NCBI GenBank assembly: GCA_038087875.1
Contig: CM075995.1
Span: 9,734,001 to 9,798,000 of the forward strand
Origin: Malacoraja senta
Lineage: Eukaryota
Reading direction: 5' to 3'
DNA length: 64,000 nt
A model generated the notes under the pieces. It saw nothing but the letters and a program-made list of their open reading frames with translations, was not told where the DNA came from and searched no databases. Shown in pieces: positions 47,701 to 56,700 of the stretch. The translations under genes and the position numbers were made by a program. Each line of letters starts with the position of its first letter. The first letter of the stretch is position 1.

Positions 47701-50700
47701 GAGGAGAGAAAGAACTGCCCAAGATCCAAAGCATACCACCTCATCTGTGAAACAGTGGTGGGGGTGTCATGGCCTGGGCATGTATGGTTGCTGAAGGAAC
47801 TAGCTCACTTATCTTCATTGATGATACAACTGCTGATGGTAGTAGCATAATGAATTCTGAAGTGTATAGACACATCCTATCTGCTCAAGTTCAAACAAAT
47901 GCCTCAAAACTCATTGTCCGGTGGTTCATTCTACAGCAAAACAATGATCCCAAACATACTGCTAAAGCAACAAAGGGGTTTTTCAAAGCTAAAAAATGGT
48001 CAGTTCTTGAGTGGCCAAGTCAATCACCCGATCTGAACCCAATTGAGCATGCCTTTTATATGCTGAAGAGAAAACTGAAGGGGACTAGCCCCCAAAACAA
48101 GCATAAGCTAAAGATGGCTGCAATACAGGCCTGGCAGAGCATCGCCAGAGAAGACACCCAGCAACTGGTGATGTCCATGAATCGCAGACTTCAAGCAGTT
48201 ATTGCATGCAAAGGATATGCAACAAAATACTAAACATGACTACTTTAATTTACATGACATTGCTGTGTCCCAAACATTATGGTGCCCTGAAATGGGGGGA
48301 CTATGTATAATCACTGCTGTAATTTCTACATGGTGAAACGGAAATGTACAAAAATGGCCTTTATTAAAATCTGACAATGCGCTCTTTAACCACATATGAT
48401 TTTTTCTATTACTAATCTCAAATTGTGGAGTACAGAGTACAAATAAATAAATGATGGGTCTTTGTCCTAAACATTATGGAAGGCACTGTATATAACAAAC
48501 AGTCGAGGTCCCAGCACAGATCTAGGTAGAGCTCCACTAGTCACAGACTTCAGCTTGAATAACACTTCCACCACAACCGTCTTAGAGTCATAGAGTGATA
48601 CAGTGTGGAAACAGGCCCTTCGGCCCAACTTGCCCACACCGGCCAACATGACCCAACTACACTCGACCCACCTGCTCGCGTTTGGTCCATATCCCTACAA
48701 ACCTGTCCCATTCCAGAGCAGCCTACCATGAGGAACCTTGTCGAATGCTTTGCTTTTCTTCTTTGAATAGGCCAGTTCTGAATGCAGACCACTGTGGATC
48801 CAATGCATCCTCACCCAACCCATCACCCTCGCCCCTAACCATCACTCTCGCCTTCCCCTCGCCCATCAGTCTCTCCCTCACCACCCTCCCCCTCCCCCCC
48901 TCATCCCTGGTCATTCGCCTGTGACTCTCTCCCCACAGACTCTGGGTTGAACTGTGCCCTGGATGTACCTGAAAGTAGGCCGTGTTCTCCTTCAAATGCG
49001 CCTCGATGCAGCAACACAGCTGAAGGATCCACCTCCACTGGGTCTGCAGGGCAGCCATGAAGGCCTAACAACACAAGAGAGTGCGTGAGAGAGGCTTCTC
49101 AATGACAGGAGCAAGGTGGCGGGGGACTGGAATGGCCTGCTGCAGGTGGCACTGGAGGCAGACAGTGGTGTTTAAGAGGCACATGGATGTAAAGAGAATG
49201 GAGAGATATGGATGACATGCAGGCAGAGGAGATTAGTGTAACCCAGCAGCATGGTTGGCCTGCTCCAACACTCAGCTGCTCAGTGTGGTACATGGGATCT
49301 ACATGGAGCTCAGGGAAGCTAGTCCCTGGATCAGATCAGCCATTTACCAGTGAGAAGAGCAGAGGTTTCCTCACTCCGAGGGCGAATCGTTGGGGTTCTG
49401 TGTGACAGAAGCAAGATGGAAAGATTCTGGAGAAGGGGGGGAGATGCTGGGGGGGGGGGGGGGAGAGGGGGGAGATGAGGTGGAGACAGTGGGAGATCAG
49501 TGATGACCTGGTTGAGCAGCGGGCAGGTGGAAGCAAAATACCCTCCATCGGAGCCAGACCCTGTCAGAGGTGTCGCTACTCGGCCAGGGGGGGTGGCTCC
49601 TGGGGAAGGGGTCCGGGGACAATGGCTCAAGGGGAGGGGAGGGTGTGGTGGAGGGAGGGAGGGAGGGAGGGAGGGAGGAGCTTACGTCGACCGTCTGCTT
49701 GGCTGCGTGTCCATCTCGAAGCAACTTCTCTCCGGTGTTCTGGATGGAGTTGACCTTCTTCTCCTTGGACTCCAGCTCCTTCATCAACCCCTGTAACACA
49801 CATGGATTAGTGGGAACACACATGGATTAGTGTGAACACACATTGATTAGTGTGAACACACATGGACCAGTGTGAACACACGTGGATTAGTGTGAACACA
49901 CGTGGATTAGTGTGAACACACGTGGATTAGTGTGAACACACGTGGATTAGTGTGAACACGTGTGGAATAGTGTGAACACACGTGGATTAGTGGGAACACA
50001 CTTGGACCAGTGTGAACACACGTGGATTAGTGTGAACACACATGGATTAGTGTGAACACACATGGATTAGTGTGAACACACATGGATTAGTGTGAACACA
50101 CGCGGATCAGTGCAAAGATGTACAGATAAGTGCAGCACATTTGGATTAGTGTACACGCACTATGATTACTGCAAGCATACTATTGGTGTAACACTCTGCT
50201 TAGCACAGGCACAGACACACACAGATTAGTGTAAATATACACAAATTCGTGTAAACACGCTATGATCACTACGAACACGCGCACATTAGTGTAAACACAC
50301 TCAGACCCGTGTAAACACGTGCAGGGTCGTGTAAACACGCAGATTAGTGTAAAGGTAGACACAAAATGTTGGAGTAACTCAGTGGGACAGGCAGTGTCAC
50401 TGGAGAGAAGGAATGGGTGATGTTTCAGGTCGAGATCCTTCTTCAGACATTAATGCAAAGATCAATGTAAACACGTGCGGATTCGTGCAACAAATTCTAA
50501 TCAATGTAAACACACTGATTAGTGTAAACACACTCAGATGAGTGTAAATGTGCTCATTTACACCATTAAACATGCACAGGTTAGTGCCAGCATGCTCAGT
50601 TTAATGTAAACACATTCAGATTAGTGTAAACACATTCAGATTAGTGGTACACACAGATTGGTGTTAACACTCAGATTAGTGTTAACACACGCAGATTAGC

Positions 50701-53700
50701 TTCTACACAAACTGATTGGTCACACTTCCCAACAGCATACATCCGGAGTTCACACTCACACACTGGGGAGGTCACACACATCCACACTCAGATCCCACTC
50801 TCCCCAGAGCCCTCTCCTCCACCTCTCTCGCCCTCTCCGTCTCATCTTGCCATCTACCCCCTCGCCCCCTCTCTGCTCCGACCCTCTGCCCTCCCCGACT
50901 ACCTCCTCTCACCCATTCTTGCCCTCTCTGCTCCAACCCTCTATCCTCTCCCCTTGCCCCCTCTCACCGAGTAGTTGTCCTTCTTGGCTGCCACATTGGT
51001 GTTCCTCTCGCTCCAGTCATAATTCACCTCCTCCTCCTCCTTGTCGTTCAACCACATCAACTCCTTCGTTGCCATGGAAACAAACGTGTTGAGGCTCTCC
51101 AGGTTACGCAGACGGGACTTGGAGGAGTTCTGCACAGAAAGGTCAAGAGTCAGAGGTCAGGGAGTGGAGGGTCAGAGGTCAGGGAGTGGTGGTGGAGGGT
51201 AAGAGGTCAGGGTTTTGGATGGACATGAGCTGATTAAGGGGAGGGGTGAGGTCACTCCTGGTGCCCTGGTCTCCCGTGGTTCCCATCTGACCATTAGTCT
51301 CGCCGCTGGTCTGGGCCCCGGTCTGCACCCATCCCCCGTTTGACCCCCATGGTGTCTCCAGTCTGACCCCTGTTCCGACCCCGTTATGCCCTCCCCCAGT
51401 CTGCCCACTGGTCTGGGCCCACCCGCATATGGACACTCACCAGAAGCTTGGCGTACTGGAGGTCCAGCTTGCTGAGGTAATCGCGATAGGCACCGTGACT
51501 CCCTGGCGAGAGGTGAGGCTGCAAGGAGAAACCATGTTATTTCACAGAGGCTGACGGTAGACAGAGACTGGCCTCAACACCTCCTCTCAAGTTCACCGTC
51601 CCCTCCACCACCGCTCACACACGGGTGTGTAAGGCAGTGGTAGAGTATGTGTGTGACGTGTATGATAATGGGTGGTGCATGTGTGCTTATGTGTATGTGT
51701 GCGTGAGAATTCCATGTGCATGTGTGCTGTGCAACTGTTCACGTGTCCATATGTATGTGTGAATGATGAGGGTGCTTGTGCGTGCATTTAAACTTGTGTG
51801 TGTGCCCCTGTGCATGCATGTGTGCCTGTGTGAGCGTGTGTGCTCGTGCCCATGTGTGTACGCCCGAGTGTGTGTGCCCCTGCACGTGTGCCCGTGCGAC
51901 CCAGTGTATGTGCGTGCCGCTGTGTGCGAGGCCTCACCTCATCTGCACGGGCCCTCTCGATCTTGGGCCGGAAGTCCTCGATGGCCTGGTGCAGGCCGCG
52001 GTGGCTGCCCAGCTGAGACTGGACAGTGGGCAGGTCCTCACCCCACTCAGCCACATCAATGGCTCGCTGGTTCTCCTCCACCCACTGCACCAGGTCCTGG
52101 ATGTAGTTCAGTGCCGCACTGTCTGAGCCCAGGCGCACCTTGGTCGTCGACAGTGTGCTGGTCTGCACGGCCGTCTGTGTGGCCGCCTGCACCCCAGACC
52201 TGAACCGCAGTGAGTAGTCTGTGCGAGTGGCCACCAAGAACTCGTGTAGACGGAATACCCTGCCAGAGCAAGAGTGTCACTGGCACAACAATGATCACAT
52301 AGAAACATAGAAAATAGGTGCAGGAGTAGGCCATTCGGCCCTTCGAGCCTGCACCGCCATTCAATATGATCATGGCTGATCATCCAACTCAGTATCCTGT
52401 ACCTGCTTTTTCTCCATACCCCCTGATCCCTTTAGCCACAAGGGCCACATCTAACTCCCTCTTAAATATAGCCAATGAACCGGCCTCAACTACATTCTGT
52501 GGCAGAGAATTCCAGAGATTCACCACTCTGTGTGTAAAAAATGTTTTTCTCATCTCAGTCCTAAAAGATGTCCCCTTTATCCTTAAACTGTGACCCCTTG
52601 TTCTGGACTTCCCCAACATCGGGAACAATCTTCCTGCATCTAGCCTGTCCAACCCCTTAAGAATTTTGTAAGTTTCTATAAGATCCCCCCCTCAGTCTTC
52701 TAAATTCCAGCGAGTGCAAGCCGAGTCTATCCAGTCTTTCCTCATATGAAAGTCCTGACATCCCAGGAATCAGTCTGGTGAACCTTTTCTGTACTCCCTC
52801 TATGGCAAGAATGTCCTTCCTCAGATTAGGAGACCTAAACTGTACGCAATACTCCAGGTGTGGTCTCACCAAGACCCTGTACAACTGCAGTAGAACCTCC
52901 CTGCTCCTATACTCAAATCCTTTTGCTATGAATGCTAACATACCATTCGCTTTCTTCACTGCCTGCTGCACCTGCACGCCCACTTTCAATGACTGGTGTA
53001 CCATGACACCCAGGTCTCGTTGCATCTCCCCTTTTCCTAATCGGCCACCATTCAGGTAATAGTCTACTTTCCTGTTTTTGCCACCAAAGTGGATAAGCTC
53101 ACATGTATCCACATTATACTGCATCTGCCATGCATTTGCCCACTCACCCAGCCTATCCATCATCTTGCAGCCTCCTAGCACCCTCCTCACAGCTAACACT
53201 GCCCCCCAGCTTCGTGTCATCCGCAGACTTGGAGATGTTGCATTCAATTCCCTCGTACAGATCATTAATATATATTGTAAAGAGCTGAGGTCCCAGCACT
53301 GAGCCTTGCGGTACCCCACTAGTCACTGCCTGCCATTCTGAAAAGGACCCGTTTACTTCTACTCTTTGCTTCCTGTCTGCCAGCCAGTTCTCTATCCACA
53401 TCAATACTGAACTCCCAATACCGTGTGCTTTAAGTTTGTATATTAATCTCTTATGTGGGACCTTGTCGAAAGCCTTCTGAAAGTCCAGATATAACACATC
53501 CACTGGTTCTCCCTTATCCACTCTACTAGTTACATCCTTGAAAAATTCTATAAGATTCGTCAGACATGATTTACCTTTCATAAATCCATGCTGACTTTGT
53601 CCAATGATTTCACCACTTTCCAAATGTGTTGCTATCCCATCTTTAATAACTGATTCTAGCAGTTTCCCCACTACCGATGTTAGACTAACTGGTCTGTAAT

Positions 53701-56700
53701 TCCCCGTTTTCTCTCTCCCTCCCTTTTTAAAAAGTGGGGTTACATTAGCTACCATCCAATCATCAGGAACGACTCCAGAATCTAAAGAGTTTTGAAAAAT
53801 TATCACTAATGCATCCACTATTTCTGGGGCTACTTCCTTAAGTACTCTGGGATGCAGCCTATCTGGCCCTGGGGATTTATCACAGCTCACAGCAACCCCG
53901 ATACAACATCCTGCACAAGCCCCGACACAACAGCCCGCACAAGCCCCGACACAACTCCCCGTTTTAACCCTGACTAAATTGGACCAGCTAGGACGCAAAA
54001 TGGGGTTAAGTTTCAGGGTTGCTGGGAGATTTGGTCAAATTGGAATTACTCTCTGCAGAGCTGGGACAAGCTGCGAGAGGTGCCAGAGTGTCTGGAGCTT
54101 AGATACAATTTGCAAGCAAGGAATGGGAAGTTCTGCAAACCCTGTCAATCTGGTGCAAAAAGCATAGAATGGATTGGATGGCTGCAAACCAGACATATAC
54201 CTTGTAAATAGCTTGTAAATAATGTTGCAGAGTTTGACTTTGCTAAGTGTTGCTTGGATGAGGTGTTGAGCCTTGTCTGGGTTTTCTGTTAATCAGGGTA
54301 AATGTTTCCAAGTTGACTTCATCTCGAGTCCGTTGTGAATACAATGTATTGAACTGTTGTATTATTGGGTTAGGGAAATGCCCGTAAAGTATGGGGTTAA
54401 TCAATATCTGTAATTGGGTTAATTGATATCTGTAATTGGGTTAATTGATATCTGTAATTGGGTTATTGAGAGACCATCCCCGTGTGGTTCGGCCCCTCGA
54501 AGTCCCGGGACATATAAAAGTCCATAATCACGAGGCTCAGCGTCGATCTTCTGGAAGAGCGATCAGGACCGCGCAAACGTCTGGAGTGCCTCTGTCTGAG
54601 CGAGGCCTAGAGGGCTTGAACGGGCAAGGATCGAACCCGCGGTGGGATAGGTACAGTGTGTGATCTGTGACGCGCTTTTGGTAAAATAAAAATTTAGTTG
54701 ATTCAAGTGCTTGATTCAAGTGCTTGAGTCAGTGTTTTTACTGAAACTAGACTGGGGGGAAGCTTAGAAATGAGCAATTATCACCCCCACAAGCCCCGAC
54801 ACAACGCCCCACACAAGACCGACACAAGCCCCGACACAACACCCCACACAAGCCCCGACACACGCCACGACACAACACCCCGCACAAGACCGACACAAGG
54901 CCCGACACAACGCCCCACACAAGACCGACACAACACCCCACACAAGCCCCGACACAAGACCGACACAACGCCCCCACACAACTCCGACACACAACTCCAA
55001 CACACAACACCCAGTGTAACTGTGGCACAACTATTCTGGACAGGGGCAAAAACAATTGAGGCACAATGCTGGGTGTTCACGTTGCCCTCACTGTTATCCC
55101 CATTGCCCTCCATGTTGACCCCGTTATCTTCGTTGTTAACCCCCCCCGTTGCCCCCATGTTACCCCCGCTGCCCCACCTGCGGTACATGGTCTCAGCCTG
55201 GGGGTGTCGGCCATCCTTCAGGGTCTGCACGTCGTTGAAGAGGCTGCGGATCAGTGACTCCGCCGTGTCCAGATCGTGCTCCAGCACCGGCCCACTCACC
55301 GGCGGCTTGCCCCCCTTCACCAGCCGCACATCCTGTGGGGAGACCACATGTCAATGTCAACATCCAGTCACCCCTGACCTTCCCCATCACTCAGTCCCCC
55401 CCCACATCATTCCCCATCACTCGTCCCCCCCACATCATTCCCCATCACTCGTCCCCCCCACATCATTCCCCATCACGCGTCCCCCCCCACATCGTTCCCC
55501 ATCACTTTCCCCCCCCCACATCATTCCCCATCACTCGTCCCCCCACATCATTCCCCATCACTCGTCCCCCCCACATCGTTCCCCATCACTCGTCCCCCCC
55601 ACATCGTTCCCCATCACTCCCCCCCCCCCCAATCATTCCCCTTCCGCCCCCCCCTCACTCCAGAGTCCCCTGTCCACACATCACTGCCCACTGCTCTGAC
55701 TACATAACAAGAGTCGTCGAGTATAGGAGCAAAGAGGTCCTTCTGCAGTTGTACAGGGCCCTAGTGAGACCACACCTGGAGTATTGTGTACAGTTTTGGT
55801 CTCCAAATTTGAGGAAGGACATTCTTGCTATTGAGGGAGTGCAGCGTAGGTTTACAAGGTTAATTCCCGGGATGGCGGGACTGTCATGTGCTGAGAGAAT
55901 GGAGCGACTGGGCTTGTATACTCTGGAGTTTAGAAGGATGAGAGGATATCTTATTGAAACATATAAGATTATTTAGGGTTTGGACATACTAGAGGCGGGA
56001 AACATGTTCCCGATGTTGGGGGAGTCCAGAACCAGGGGCCACACTTTAAGAATAAGGGTAAGCCATTTAGAACGGAGACGAGGAAACACTTTTTCACAGA
56101 GCTGTGAATCTGTGGAATTCTCAGCCTCAGAGGGCGGTGGAGGGCCGGTTCTCTGGATACTTTTAAGAGAGAGCTGGATAGGGCTCTTAAAGATAGCGGA
56201 GACGGGGGATATGGGGAGAAGGCAGTCACAGGGTACTGATTGGGGATGATCAGCCATGATCACATTGAATGGCAGTGCTGGCTCAAAGGGCCGAATGGTC
56301 TACTCCTGCACCTATTGTCTATTGACTCACAGCTTTCAGCAAGACGTCCGCACGTTTCAGCTGCTCCTCACAGACGCTGGATTCCTGCTCAATCTTCAGG
56401 ATGATCCTCTGAAATCGCTCCGACCTGTGATGGGGGGAGAGAGTCAGCGAGGGGAGACAGCGGGGAGACTGCATGGCCGGGTCTGTCTACACATGGAGAC
56501 AGCGGGCAGACTGCATGGTTGGGTCTGTCTACACAGGGAGACAGCTGGCCGGGTCTGTCTACACAGGGAGATGGTGGGGAGACAGTGGACCAGGTCTGTC
56601 TACACACGGAGACAGTGGGGAGACGGTGGCCGATCACGGGCCGGGCCTGGATATATCTTTGCAGCCTGACCTAGAACACAGCGGGAGCCAGGGAAGGTAT

